Positions 11,810 to 25,882 are shown, numbered from the stretch's first letter. The stretch is 64,000 bases of DNA from Zootoca vivipara (GCF_963506605.1 NC_083281.1:44082001-44146000), one strand, 5' to 3'. Made by a program: numbers and translations. The notes: a model not told the origin generated them from the sequence alone.

Positions 11810-14800
11810 TCACTTGAGGAAGCTACCACCACGGCCTCCGCCCAGGGCAAGCTCCTCCTCCCCTTGTAGCAGGGCTTCAATTGGAATCAGTGGGGAGGAG
11901 GCGGAGGCCTCGGGGCTCTGGAGAGAGAGGAAGTCCGAGACATCCATGGCACTTAGGGAGTGGTTCTGTGAGTCTGAGGGGTTCCCTGCCAGAGTGCTTT
12001 GCTCGCAAGGAGGCAACGTGGAAGAGAGGGTGGTGGCGGCAACAGTAGGAGCAGAGGAGGTGCTGGCAGCCAAGTTGATGGGAAAGGGTTGAGGCAGAGG
12101 CCCTGGTGCTGACACAGGAGGCTCCCCTGATGCCTTGGAGCCCTGTGAGGAGCAGTTCTGCTTCTTGCTGCTGGCTTTGTCCTTGGCTGAGTCCCGGCAG
12201 GCACACTGGCACTGACAGGCTTCCTCCTGCTTGATGATGATCACGGGCACACTCAGGCCAATCTGCTGCACAGAGCTCCCTGGAGACAAACAACAGTCAG
12301 TTCAGAGGCACCAGCACTCCCCTGTGCCTGTCCGTCTCAGGGCTTCCCAACAGAAATGCAAATGGGAAGAAATGCACCTTTTGCCACCCACCACTGCTGC
12401 CAGCCTGTTCTCACATGACATGATTCCCCCACATTCCCTCTCTCCCTCTGCATGCCTGACACCAGGTGCAAAGCTTGGGTGCTGCTGGGGTCAAGTATGC
12501 CCATTCCTGGCCCGAGGCTGAGGCAACAGGAAGTAGCTCAGGTGATGGAACAAACCTGGATGAATCAGAAACCAAACAGGGTGACACAGACTCTCTAACA
12601 GCCGACCTGGCTTCAGGGTTTTGTCACCCAGTAACCATTTTCTGCTCAGAGAGGGATGAATCATTCTCTCCGGCTCAACTGTTAGTCCATAACCTGGGGT
12701 TAAAGTTCACATGGCCCAGTCACTCATAGCTAAAAGGTGCTCTCACAATTCGTCTTCCAGGTTGACTAACTGACTGCTGTGCCACCTAGCTATTGTACAG
12801 TATGGCAACAGATTGTATCATTTCACTCCTCAGGCCATTGCATGAGCCACTAAGCCCAATTTAAGGGGTTAATATGAATGTATAGAACCAATTAACTGAA
12901 AGAGTGCCATCCAGTGATCTGGGGAAAGAGGCCCCTCATTAGGAGTAGCAGTGCAAACGACAGGCACCTGAGACACAGGGAATTTTTGGTGGCACCTCCA
13001 CAGCTATGGAACTCCCTCCCAAGAGAAATCAGAACCCCCCCCCCTCTTTACTTGCATTCAGGAAACATATAATTATTTTATTTATCCAGGCATTTGGCCA
13101 ATAGTTTTATGAAACTTGTACATGGCTGGTTTTATTTGCTTTCTGTAATATTCTAACAATGCTAACAATGATTTTATGTCATTTTATTATTGTGAGCTGG
13201 GCTGGGCTCCCTTTGGAATTTATATGATTTATTCACGAAGAATAAATAAATTTGAAATAATATGACAGGGATGCACACAGGTCAAGTACATGGGAAGGTG
13301 GTGATTTCCCTTGATTTCACTCACTGAGAGAAGCAGAGGGAAGCAGATGCCCTGGGGTGAGGATTTATCCCTCACTGAGTGCTAATACACCCCAAAGAAG
13401 AAAGCTAATGGCAAGTTCCTCAACGGCCCCCTCCCTGGTGGGTCCTCCTTGCCTGCGTGACATGACACAAGCTCCAGCCCAGAAATAAACAGTAAATTGC
13501 AAGAACTCAGGCCAGGAGGAAGATGAATTTCAAGCAAGTTTTCAAAAGGTTTTATTTATGTAATGATAGGATGAGTTCAAATAGGAATCAATTCCAGCAA
13601 TGTTTTAATGGTCAGAGTGTTTGCTGCAAACAGTCTGACCTAGCAAGGCAAACATACTTGGTACACTCTGACCATTAAAACATTGCTGATGAATAATTGG
13701 CGAAACAGGGCCTTGTCCTGGGATTTTTTCACTGGAATCAATTTTTTATTTGCCTCACTATCATACTGGAATTGATTCCTATTTGAATTTATCCTATCAT
13801 TACATAAATAAAACCTTTTGAAGACTTACTTGAAATTCATCTTCCACCTGGCCCGAGTTCTTGCAATTTACTGTTTATTTCTGGACTTCAACAAGCTCCA
13901 GCCCATTCAGCACCTGCCCTTGTGAGTGTCAGTGATAAAAGGGAAGACTGTGATCCCTGGATGTGTCACTTACCTGCATTACCAGCAACAGGAAGGGCAG
14001 TGGTAAAGAAGACCTTTTCCAGCACTGGAGCCTGTGGCTTTGGCATAAGGAAAGAAAAGAGACTTTTGAAAGCAAGGGCCAAGTCCAGAAATCAACAAAC
14101 AGTATATTAGTACCCCAGCCCACTCTGGAAACAGGGCAGTACCAGCTCTGCCCCACCTGCTGGAGCCCTCAATCCCTCTTCATAGCACATCCTGGGCTGG
14201 AGCATGGGATTCAGGTCACTCACCATTTGTTCTTGGTTCTGGGAGGTCCTGCTGGCACCATTCAAAATCCACTGGAGGTTTTGCTCTCCCATGACAATGC
14301 TGGACTGCAGAATGGCTGCACTTTGTGATGGGGTGATGGTGATGGTTGGGCTGCCAGCCAGCACAGAGTTCCCTCCAACAGGCACAGTCTGAACCCCACT
14401 GGGGAGGACCTCAGCAACACTCGGTGCTGCTGCTGGGACAGGGGGATTCCCAACAGGCTGCGGAGATGCCTGAATGTGCTGTAGGAAGTCCTGGGGGTTG
14501 GGTGCAAGGAGTGTGCTATTAGGAGCAGGCACTTCTGGAGACTGGAGGACAGCGGCAGGGGTTCCGTAGGCAGCTTGCTGAGTGCCAGTGGAGGCAGGAA
14601 GCAGTGCTGGTGGGGAAGGCTCAGAGATGCCAAGCTGAAGAACAAGTGGCAGAGACAAAGGAGCAGCTTCTCCGAGGGGTGGCTGGGTGGCAGGGGCTGG
14701 GTCTGCACCACCACCAAGATCTTTAACCAAGGCGTCTGCAAAAAGAGAAGCATATGGTGAGAAAGCTCTAGTAGGATCCTGAAAAGCACTTTGTGCAGGA

Positions 14801-17800
14801 TCCCAGCTGTGGCCAGGACACGTCTGGATGATAGCCCAGGCAGAAACAGCACCAGCTTTTATATCAAGATCTAATGATCTATGGAGCAAATGAAAGAGAA
14901 GATGCAGACTTGTACCTGTGTGCTGAGAGTCTTCCTGATTTACAGGAGGCTCCGGACTCTGGAACATGGACTCAAAAATGCTTGCTGGTGAGATTGTACT
15001 CAGGTCTTGTCCATGCATCTGGGAAAAGGAGGAAGCAGTGAGGCATGCAAAGTCAACTGGTCTGTGGTTGAGCCTGGTGGCGATGCCACCAATACACTCA
15101 GGCTGCATTGCTCAGAACAGACATCCCTGAAGCACCTGGCTCAGGGAGATACAAGGAGCCTGCTTGCTTTCAGCCACACCACAGAAGTCCACCACGGGAA
15201 TGGGGGAAGGTGAGCTCTTTAAAAAATGGCAGAAGGCTGCTTCTATGGCCCACACTGTGCTGTCAGAAGAGATACTTACTGGATTTGAATTATCCCGCAG
15301 TTCTGAATCTGTGGACATGAGGCTCAAGTCACTGAGACAGAGTGAGTGGTTTGTATCCTGCAGAGGTGGAGAGGAAGCCTACATTAAGCAATGCAGCAGT
15401 TGCAACTATGAGCTTGGTTAGCCCCACAATGCCAGTCTTTTCGAGAGCACCAGTCCTTGACTTAAGAACAGTGAGGGTGATCAGAGACTTTGGCCCAAAT
15501 ACATTTTCTATCTCTTTCTTTAAATTTTTTATGTGAAACGTCACAGATCACTCACTGAAAAAGGCAGCTGGTAGCAGAAGGAAACTACAACAAAGGCCAT
15601 TTATCTCCAAGGATTCACAAAGGCCCTCACTATGGCTGTTGGGATGACACAGGAAAAGAGGAAACTGCCTTGTACTGAGCCATGCCCTTGATCAATAGTT
15701 CAGCACTGTCTATGTGGTTAACAGTGATTCTCTGGGATTACAGACAGGGGCTTTTCTGACACTGTGTCTACAAGTCTGAGCTACGTATCTGTGCCCATCT
15801 TTGATGACCTGCCCCTCATATTTCTTAGACATGCTTTTTCATTTTTTGAACTCCTTACAAAGATTGTTGTGCAGCTGCATTCATTTTCTTAGAGGTTTCC
15901 CATTTCTCTGTCTCACTGGGATTTTTTGTGATTCCACTCCTTTTTCGGGAATTCTATCTAACCCTTCTTGGGCTACTTTCCCCCATCAGTTTCTCTAGTC
16001 TGCATTTATATTCAGTTTCCCTATCTAGCATTTCCCTGAACCTAATAAATCAGCATTCCTGAAATCTGTTACACATCTAACTAAGCTCATCTTTAACCTT
16101 CCATAAGAACAAGAACTCCAGCATTACGATTATAGCATTAGCATAAAAACATATTTTACCAATATGGACAGTGTTGCTCATATCAAGCCATCAATCTCTT
16201 TCAGTGGCAGAGAGTTCCACAGCACAATGCACTGTGTGAAAAAGCAGATTACCTTTCTGCATGCCACAATCTGTAATTTCACCTGCAAAGGTACCAAAGG
16301 AGAGTCCACAAGAGTCCTGGATACTGACAGGCACTCACCAAGGCACACCATGCTATCTAGTACACCAATAACGACATTTTCTCTGAGAAAAAGGCACCCA
16401 CCTCATTGATGCTGTTGTTGGACAGCATAGCATAGGAGGGCCCCTTCTCGTGTCCCTTCATGTGACTCTTGAGGCTGTATTGTGTGCTGAAAGTCTTCTC
16501 ACAGCCATTACTGGGACAGAAGAAAGGTCTTTCACCTAGAACGGCAAAAAAATATGTATTTGTACACATCCAACACCCTCTGGGTTCCTTGTTGCTCAGC
16601 AGCTCCAGGATCTCTAAAACTGAGCCAGAGACTAAATCACACTCCCATGCTCAGTGTGTGTAAGGGGTGGGGGGTGTCCAGGAACCCACTGTACGAGATC
16701 CTGGTGTAGCAGGCTTCAACACAAAATAACGTGGCCTGACTGTCACCTCATAAAGTGCTCCCTTCTCCTTCCCAATAAGTCCTGGACTGCTTTCAGCAAG
16801 GTTGAGTTTATTAAACTTTTAACTAGTCTTTTATTTTGAGTCAGCATCGTCTAACGACTCAGACCTATCAGGCAAGCTGGGCCAAACATCTCCTCCATGA
16901 GGCAGCATCTAGGCTGCAGCTGCTTAGCATTAAGGAAGCAGGAAAGAGATTCAATAGACCCAGCCTTACCGGTGTGGGTCCTGACATGCGTCTTTAGGTG
17001 GTGGCTTGCAGCAAAGGCTTTTCCACAGCCATCATGATCACACCTACAGGAGAGGGATGGAGAAAACAGTAAGGAGCTTCATGCAGAAACCAGTTCCAAT
17101 CATACCTCTTGCTTCCCAGCAGCCTCAGGCCATGCATTAATCTGCACACAGGGTAGTGGAAAGTTCTGCAGAATGGAAGCCCTGCTCTTGAACATGGTAT
17201 TATAACTTAGGGAAGACTTAAAGAGAGCAAGCAGAACATCCACAAATGCAGTCTCACAATCCCACTGAGACGGAGCTCAGTGGTTGACCAGGGCACCATC
17301 AGCCTGGGACGGAGCTCCTGGACCTTTGAGGACCTGCAATTAGAGAAAACCCTGCACCAGTAACTTCTCCCACCACTGCAGTGCTGGGACTGCTGCTGAA
17401 ATTCTCCCTCCAAAGCAGCAAAGTGGTGGGGTGGGGACCCCCAGGTGTTGCTACATGACAACTCTCCTCACTTGACCCTTGGCCACACAAGCTGGGGCTG
17501 GTGGAAGTGGAGTCCAACAACATCTAGAGGGCCACCAGTTCCCCACGTGGACTACACACAGGACAACAAAAATACTGGGTGGACGATGATGTATTTGAAA
17601 GGCTATATGGGTCCTGCCAGGACGCGGGTGGCGCTGTGGGTTAAACTACTGAGCCTAGGGCTTGCCGATCAGAAGGTCGGCAGTTTGAATCCTCACGACG
17701 GGGTGAGCTTCCATTGCTTGGTCCCAGCTCCTGCCAACCTAGCAGTTCAAAAACACGCCAAAGTGCAAGTTGATAAATAGGTACCGCTACAGCGGGAAGG

Positions 17801-20800
17801 TAAACGGCGTTTCCGTGTGCTGCTCTGGTTCGCCAGAAGTGGCTTTGTCATGCTGGCTACATGACCTGGAAGCTGTACGCTGGCTCCCTCGGCCAATATC
17901 GCGAGATGAGTGCCGCAACCCCCAGGGTCGGTCACAACTAGACCTAATGGTCAGGGGTCCCTTTACCTTTATGGGTCCTGCCAGACACACAGGACATTCA
18001 CTAGAGGTGGACCCAGGGCGAGAAAGCCTCAAGACCAACACTTTGTAGGCCCATGTGGGTCAAGAGTAAGAGTCCAAACCCCCCATGTAGGGGCAGAGAG
18101 GAAGCTAGGAGAAACCAGGACTGTTCTATAGCAGAGGGCTTGACAAAGGACCCAGGATTCACCAGGGCCTGCAGCCAGGTGGCTCACCTGAATGGCTTCT
18201 CTCCAGTGTGGGTCCGAATGTGTTTCCGCAGGTCACTGAGTGTGGTGAAGTACTTACTGCAACCCTCTGATTCACAGTTAAATGTTTTTCCCGTGTGAAG
18301 CCTCTGATGGGCTTTTAACCTACAAGAAGGAAAGAAGTGGGCTCCGTTAACACAGACCTCTTTCTTCTGAGCCTCACCAACAAGGGAGGCACAGGGAAAC
18401 AGCAGCTTCTATCTGAGAAGCAAAATCGGCCCACCTTCCTGGAAGTCAAGTAGGCTCCTCTCCAAAACCCTTGCAGGCAGCTTAGAACAGCAGCCACTCA
18501 ATTGGAAACTAGACTTTGAGAAATAAACTTCAGAGGTGCTAACAAGAACTGGTGAGTGTGTGTGAGAGAGATTTCTGCAAGGAAAATAGTATTTCCCCCA
18601 GCAAACATGTTTCACTTAATGCATGGGTGGCTAACTTGTAGGTCCCTCTCTGGATGTTGCTGGGCTACAACTCTCATCACCCCTGAACTTTGGCCATGCT
18701 GGGGCTTACTTGGAGTTGGAGGTCCAACAACATTCAGAGAGCCACAACTTAGTTGCCCTTGGCTTAACATTGTGGTTACATCTTTGACATTTCATGTATG
18801 TGTGTATAATAAGGCACTGTCTTGAGATAGGGAGGAAGAAACGCTCCTGCTCTTACCTGTACAGTGTATTGAAGGCTTTTTCACAACCCTGGACATCACA
18901 CTCAAAAGGTTTCTCCTTGGTGTGGACTCGAACATGGATTTTGAGACTATAGGATGTTAGGAAGGCCTTTCCACACCCCTCTTGGTTGCACACAAAGGTG
19001 TACTCCCCGCGGTGTGTCTTCTGGTGGGTGCGCAGGTTACCTGCGGTGCTGTAGGTACGAGGGCAGCCCTCAAACGTGCACTGGTAACGCTTCACCTGCC
19101 AGAAACATGATGTACTTTAAGTCTCCATACTTGATCAAAGAATCGTAAAGGGTTCCACCTTAACTTCAAGAGCTTCTCATAACAACAGCTCTGCTAGATC
19201 AAGCTAAAGGCCCATCATGAATACTGACTGCAAAAAAAAAGACCCTGTAGGGGAAGGTTTTAAAGATGTTCCCTCTATAGGTAAAAGAAGAAAGCATGCA
19301 AAATGTATCAAAAGTGAGAAAGAGAAGGAAAGCTAGTTATAAGAAGAAAACAAATGAGCACTAGGGATTATGTAGTCTGTGTGTTTGCGCATGCAAAATT
19401 TTAGAACCTAAAGAGACTCCTGAAATGGTTGCAGATGGTTAAAATTATTAGAAAAGAGACTAGAGCAGGCATGTCAAACATGCGGCCCTCCAGATGTTTT
19501 GGACTACAATTCCCATCTTCCCCAACCACTGGTCCTGCTAGCTAGGGATCATGGGAGTTGTAGGCCAAAACATCTGGAGGGCCGCATGTTTGACATGCCT
19601 GGACTAGAGGTTCCTTCCTAGCTTTGAGAGGCCCAAGGCAGAGAAGTGCACCCCCCCAATTCCCTGCAAAGCCCTCCCCAACTCCCTCTTCACAGATGTT
19701 GCCGCTACTCCTTCTGGTTGAGCTGCTATCATTCCCTTGTGGACTGTGCTGTTCCCAAGGAGAGAAGCCCCTGCTATGCTGCTGCCACTGTTGTCCCTTT
19801 CTCAGAGGACCCTGGATTGTCGTCCGTGCTTGAGGCTCGGGTATTTCATCCAGCTCTTCAGACTTTGCCCAGTTTGGTGCCACTTACAAACAGGGACAAC
19901 CGCAGAATGTAACCTTTCTGGATACCTGAAGGGTCAGACACCATTTTTGGCAACTAATGCAACATGACTAATTTCAGTGACTTAACTTGGTTTTTTGTCA
20001 AGGTTGCCGTGTGCTGCTCCTGTACTCCCATTGCCAGCTGTGGGGTTGATGACCAGACTTTGTGGTTCTGGCCAGGTTCCCAAAGCAGTCAGCAGCACAA
20101 CTTGCAAAGGAAGCTCCCTTTGGCACAGGGTGAACTTGTTCTCCATGTGCAGGTCTGAGCTGGTTGACAACAGAATGTGCAATTAATTGTGCACATGACT
20201 CTTCTGTGGCACACGGGAACACATGGGACTCTGACAAAGGGGCATACGCATCAAATCAAGTTTCCCATTGATACTAATTCATATATTTCCCAAACAGTGG
20301 CTTCTAAGTTATGTTAATTTACAACTAAACAAAGTATTATTCACACCGGGGTGGGTGGGAAACACCTGTGTGGTGGACTCTAATTTCCAGCAGCCAGCCT
20401 GCTCAATGGCCAGGGGTGACATGGGAGTTGGGAGTCCACCAGCATGGAGAGGGCCCTGTCATAATCAAATGTGAACAGTAGTTTTCCTTCAGGATAAGTT
20501 ATTAACTGCTGCCCCCTTCTGTAATTCTCAGACATACACAAATATGTATTCTTCCTCCATCATTTCCCAAGCAGCTGCTTTCAATCATAACATAAGAACA
20601 TAAGAAGCTCCTGACAGATTTTGTCCTCCGTAAGAGCAGCAGAAAGAGATAGTTATTCTATTATACCTGAAGTTAAGTCAGTCTCAATATTCCTTAAAAA
20701 AATTGAGAAGGGAAAAGGTATATCAAAGGAACTTTCAGCCCTTCTCTAAATCTGCAGAAGTACTGTGCTTACATACGGCTGAAGTCATCAAACCACACTG

Positions 20801-22737
20801 TGGCAGTCATATTGAAACCAAAAGAGCAGCTTTAAGATCTGCGGACTTAAAACTGCAACCTACGATTTCAAAGGGCCAGAAACAATCTGCTGAAACCACT
20901 TTCTCAGGATTCTGTTTGTGCAAAGTTTCAATCTACTTCCTTATAAGAGAAGTTCTACTTCTCCTTTACATTTGTGGGTACAGCAGTGGATGTGCTTGGT
21001 AACGGTCTAGATGAGAACCAATAAACCGAAGCGCAATCCAGATAAGACGCACCATTAGTGGGTGGTTCCCTTGACTGGATGTATGAGAACTGATTTAAAT
21101 GCCAGGCAAAAATGATTCTTTTTCACTAGGACTTTGGCTCTTAATTATCTGTAGCCTTGAGTGGCTGTAATGTTTAAATCCTGCCTTTTAAAAATAGAAC
21201 TTTCTGTTTTTTAAATCTTATGCCAGTTTCAATGTATGTGCTTGCTTGTTTATAAATTGAACAAAAAAAAATAAAACACCCTTAAATTCAAGATAGATTA
21301 ATTCATAAAAAATAAAGCTTGAGGAATTTTCTTCATTATCAGCAACTAAAGGCCCTCTCCATTATTTTGTGAGTCATTCCAAGATTTAAGTCAAGAAGTA
21401 TCTCTTAGCTGCCTCTCAAAAGCATACACCCTCCTGCTAATCCAGAAATCCAAACTGAGATAGTTCAGAGCTTCTTTCTGTTATTGTTTGTCTCACCTAT
21501 GCACAGGGTTGACTATACATTATTACAGGATGTGGCACTCAGCGCAAACCTGAATAATGTATATTGGTCATAGATTTTTGTTTTTTCTATCCTAGTGCAG
21601 AACCTTTTAATTAAAAATCACACATGACACACACAGCCCTAGCGATAATGTTTTACTATTGTGAAAACTCCCGAGACAGGGCGCATAGCATGAAAAAGTA
21701 GCAAAAGCTTCCCTTCAACCATGCATTGCTTAGTACGGAAAGTAGGCAAGTCTATATGCCAGCTATATAAGGGAAACTACTGATCTCTCTCACTCCCAAA
21801 ACCTGAGAAGCTCTGCTCACCCTTTTCCTAAAGATTCTTGGAAGTGTTAACAGTGCATTTTTGTATTATAAAAACCTGCCTTGAAGAGCAACATGTGAAA
21901 ACATCCAGGATCAGCTTAGGCACAGCCTCTCTGACACATGTGTGGGAAAAGGCCAAACACTACAGAATCAGGAAATTTGTTTTCTTGGGCGTTTTCTGAT
22001 TATGATGTTTCCAAAAGTAACCCCGTGAGTTTTGAATGCGACACAAAAAGCAACACAGTGGTACCTCGGATTACAGACGCTTCAGTTACAAACTCCGCTA
22101 ACCCAGAAATAGTACCATGGGTTAAGAACTTTGCTTCAGGATGAGAACAGAAATTGTGCCCCATTAGGTAAAGTGGTACCTTAGGTTAAGAACAGTTTCA
22201 GGTTAAGAACGGACCTCCAGAATGAATTAAGTTCTTAACCCAAGTTACCACTGTGCAGGCTTCCATACAGCCACATGACAGGCCTCCCAATAGAGGAGCA
22301 GGATTAAATTAGAGTCTGCTACTTACTTCTTTCAGTTTCGTCTCAGGGCACTCTGACTGCAAAGTAAGGGTGGCTCCTTCAATGTTTCGTGGCATAGGAG
22401 TTGAGCCAGGATTGATCGTCAGATGGATCTGATCTGGAGAAATAATGTGCTGAACATAACCCTGGGACATTCCTTCATGGTCAGCTATCAAAGGAAACCT
22501 GTCCTCGTGACCATCAGGTAGAAAAGGCAAGTGATCCCCACACTGCCCTTCATCCTCCTCGTCCTCCAATGGCCCTCGGTCTTGTTCAATGAGGACTGTT
22601 GTTCTGTCATACACTGTCCTGGATGAGGATGGGACAAGGCCATTCTTGTCCACAAACCACAACAGTTTATCATCCTGGGCCAAGTCATCTTCCTCCACTT
22701 TGTAATAGATGACATTCTCAGGACTGTTTTCCCCCAT
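11810..22737 (-). CDS. MTF1: Metal regulatory transcription factor 1, 10 coding exons, ~738 aa
   Basis: Coding exons 22737-22327, 19095-18857, 18319-18188, 17043-16970, 16535-16402, 15357-15280, 15018-14916, 14735-14224, 14037-13974, 12279-11810 (2217 nt, frame-continuous). Six C2H2 fingers ([25 protein letters not shown]...), NES-like LCLSDLSLM, Pro-rich region and the CQCQCAC cluster. Confidence 0.97.
13467..13905. mobile_element. Penelope-like inverted-repeat remnant with a degenerate hammerhead-ribozyme core and a 15-bp flanking direct repeat (MTF1 intron 10)
   Basis: Arm 13479-13620 is the near-perfect reverse complement of 13663-13884 minus an internal ~80-nt block. That block holds CTGATGA...GAAAC...GTC. 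Direct repeat ACAAGCTCCAGCCCA at 13467-13481 and 13891-13905. Confidence 0.65.
17620..17969 (+). mobile_element. Sauria SINE, full length, with TSD
   Basis: Head GGACGCGGGTGGCGCTGTGGGTTAAAC, tail GGTCAGGGGTCCCTTTACCTTT, TSD TATGGGTCCTGCCAG on both sides. Confidence 0.92.
19466..19601. mobile_element. hAT-type MITE
   Basis: Long TIRs CAGGCATGTCAAACATGCGGCCCTCCAGATGTTTTGG and an 8-bp TSD GACTAGAG (19458-19465 / 19602-19609). Confidence 0.92.
22056..22253. mobile_element. Tc1/mariner (Tigger-like) MITE
   Basis: TIRs CAGTGGTACCTCGG...CCAAGTTACCACTG; the TA TSD has decayed to CA/TG. Confidence 0.8.
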
Positions 22738-23199
22738 GGTTTAGTGGCATTCCAGAAGGGTCACAGAATGAACATAAGACAGCTCACCTGTAAAAAGATC
22801 AAGTAGAACAGGGCAGTCAAAACTCAGGAACATTCAGTAAGTAGTACTCTTTTCCATGTGACACCCAATTCACTGTCTTAGGATTTCTTTATTGCATAGA
22901 TGCTTCAGTTCTTCATGCTTTACAAGGTATTTAAAGTGCGGTGAAGCAAGCACCCTTCTATTTTCTACAGATAACTCCCTGCAGAAGACTCACTTGAGTG
23001 AAAATGTGTCGTGCTAATGTCACAAAAAACATGCATCTTTTAAGTCTTACTTCTCCCTCTCCCCCCCCCCAGCATTGGAGACTTGCTGGGTTTTGCACGG
23101 ATCCTTCTGGCTTTTTAAGGAGACAAGCCAAGGATATACGTGTATATACATCGACTGCTTGTAAAATAGTCCCCGCTTAATACTGAAAGAGTCGCAGGA

Positions 23200-24010
23200 G
23201 GAGGAGGCTGAAGAGAGCCTCAGCCGAAGGAGGGCTCTGTCGCCCCAACAAGCTCCGCTTCGCCTTCGACAATCCCAAGGAGCTGCCGCCGCCGCCGCAC
23301 CCGGGGGGGGGGAGGAGATCGCGGCCCCGCTTCACCTCCACCCCCGACAGTGACCCGCGAGTCGCCGCGAGAGGGCGGCTCTCTGACAGGGAGGAGGACG
23401 ACAGGGCCAGCCTCGGGGCAGCCCGAGCACCAGGCTCGCTTCGCTCCAGGGCCGCCTGTCCGCCCCGCGCGCATCTCACCGGCCGCGTCCAGCTCCAGCT
23501 CCAGCTCCAGGCCGGCCCGTGTCAGTGCCATGGCGCCTGCCCGGCTGCCACGCGCAGCCCGAGCGCCAGCACTCGCTCGCTCGCTTGCTTGCCCACCCGT
23601 CAGTCCGCTCGGCTCGCTCGGCCCGTCCGTCCGAGGTTTCCTCAGACATTCGCGCTTCCGCTTCCGAGCAGCGTGTGGCAGGCCGGGAAAGCACCTCTTC
23701 CGGCCACGCCCCCTCCTACCACAGATGGAGAAAGGCTAGAGCGGTGCCTCATCGGAAGGGACGGATGCCTTCAAACCCACAAGGAGTCGGAGTGTCGGCG
23801 AGGCGGGTCTTAATTGCAGGGCTGTTGTGAATCATCCGAGAGCCTGGCAAGGCCGACCTAGCAGCCTCCCTCCCCTCAAGGAGAGCGAAAAGCCTCTTTT
23901 GGCACCGAATCCTGGCTGCATCTGTTTTGCGGAAAGTGGACGGGAAGATGCCGGGGCTGGAGGCAGGACGCAGTGCGCAGCTGGAGTTGAAACGGTTTTT
24001 TTGCCCACCC
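23200..24010 (-). promoter_or_regulatory. MTF1: MTF1 CpG-island promoter and non-coding exon 1 (donor G|GTGAG at ~23479)
   Basis: CpG island with tandem ETS/GABP-like CGGAAGCGGAAG (~23655-23666, minus) and a KLF/SP site CCACGCCCC (~23704-23712). The exon 2 acceptor is at 22787. Confidence 0.8.
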
Positions 24011-24160
24011 AAAAAAGGCTCGGGCGGCTTGGAAATTGGCGAGGAAATGCACTGGAAAAGAGTGGCGTGGATGAATGGTTTAGAGGTGTTTTAAAAACAT
24101 GAAGAACGCAGGACGAATTGCTCCTTGGCATATCTATTTTATAGACCTCTATTTCATTTG

Positions 24161-24479
24161 AGGGACGCGGGTGGTGCTGTGAGTTAAACCGCAGAGCCTA
24201 GGGCTTGTTGATCAGAAGGTCGGCGGTGAGCTCCCGTTGCTCGGTCCCAGCTCCTGCCAACCTAGCAGTTTGAAAGCATGTCAAAGTGCAAGTAGATAAA
24301 TAGGTACCGCTACAGGCGTTTCCATGTGCTGCTCTGGTTTGCCAGAAGCGGCTTAGTCATGCTGGCCACATGACCCAGAAGCTGTACGCCGGCACCCTCG
24401 GCCAATAACACAAGATGACCGCTGCAACCCCAGAGTCTGTCACAACTGAACCTAATTGTCAGGGGTCCCTTTACATTTA
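24161..24479 (+). mobile_element. Sauria SINE with small internal deletions
   Basis: Same head and tail as the 17620 copy; TSD TTCATTTGA. Confidence 0.9.
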
Positions 24480-25882
24480 CTTCATTTGAAAACAATACTG
24501 TAATGTCAAAGCAGTTTATATAAGCATCCCAGGATGAGCAAGTACAATTGAAGTCAGGGATAAGGCTCAGTAATTTAGAAGCTTGCTAATTAAAAGGCTC
24601 GTTAATTAGCAGGTTGCCTGGAGGGGCCCCAAGTGGGCATAAGGGGGGGGTCTCCTGCCTGCCTACTCTACTCCCTGTCACTCCAATCTCAGTGTAGGTG
24701 ATAACCCAGTTAATCAAGGCTGCTCTTTACTTGAAAGAACTTAGCAGGTGCCCCATCACCACACCAGGGGAGCAGGGCAGAAACATACGGCCAAAATAAT
24801 TAAGCAGTTGGCTTGCAACAATTGAAGACTTAAGAACGAGGTAATGAAAGGGACACAATAGCTTAGTGTGTAGAAAATGGAGAGAAATGTTTCTCTCACT
24901 TCTTACGGGGCTTGTACACACACCACACACTTCCTTTCAATTTATGAAGGGCTGTGTGTTCTATGAACCCTCCACTGTGGTTGTTAGAGGGGCACAGGAA
25001 ACTGTTTCTAGGCTAGGAGGGCCAGTGGGTAAGCCCACTAATAGGAGGAAGACAGGACTGAAAAGGAGGAAGTGAGAACTTCCCCTGCAGTTACAGCATC
25101 AAACGTTTCTAGTCAGGGCAGCAAATCCTGGCTGTGATGGAGGTATACCTCGTAAGAACACAAAGTGTGATCACAGTCCTGGGTCTCCATCCCCATAGAA
25201 ACAACAGACTCCCACCAGTCAAAAGAGTGAACCAGGCTCCCAGCAAGTGGCATGAACTAAACATGAAGGCAATGTGGCTTTTGAGTGGCCATAGATTTAG
25301 CTTCAAGCCAGCTTTGTGCACACTCCTGATCTCTATCCAACAGAGGGCTATCAAAGCCTACTAGCCATGATGGCTATGCTCATCATGGCCCATTGCCTGA
25401 TGCAGCAGACTCTATGCTCTTATGTTAAGATCCCAAAGGCGCCCCTCAGGTGTTGCTGCTGCCAAGCCAGACATCTCCTTGGATTAACAATGAGAGCAAG
25501 TAGCATGGACGTTAAGTTAATGTGTTTAATTATATTTATGTTACATTCTTTGCTTATAAAAGTAGCTGATTTAGGTTATCAAAGATTAAGCATTAAGGCA
25601 ATGGCAGATAAAGTCATTGTTTTGTCACAAAACATGACATACCACAGTCAAGATCCAGTGTGCAGACTGACTGCTAGTTTAATATAAAAACTCACTGTGC
25701 TTTATAGTGCTGCTAACACAGTAGCAGCTGCTTCTTCCCACCTGATCTGTGCTCCAGAATTAAAAAGTATGTACACGTCTTTACATTTTAAAAAAAAACA
25801 ATTACTGCAAAATCTAATTTTCTGAATATACAAAACTATTTTTTTTACAGAAGCCCTGCCTATAGTTACAAGTCCTTGGCCT

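Noticed and set aside
14107-15108. 333-aa ORF
   Set aside because: MTF1 exons 8 and 9 joined by an in-frame, stop-free intron; not a separate gene.
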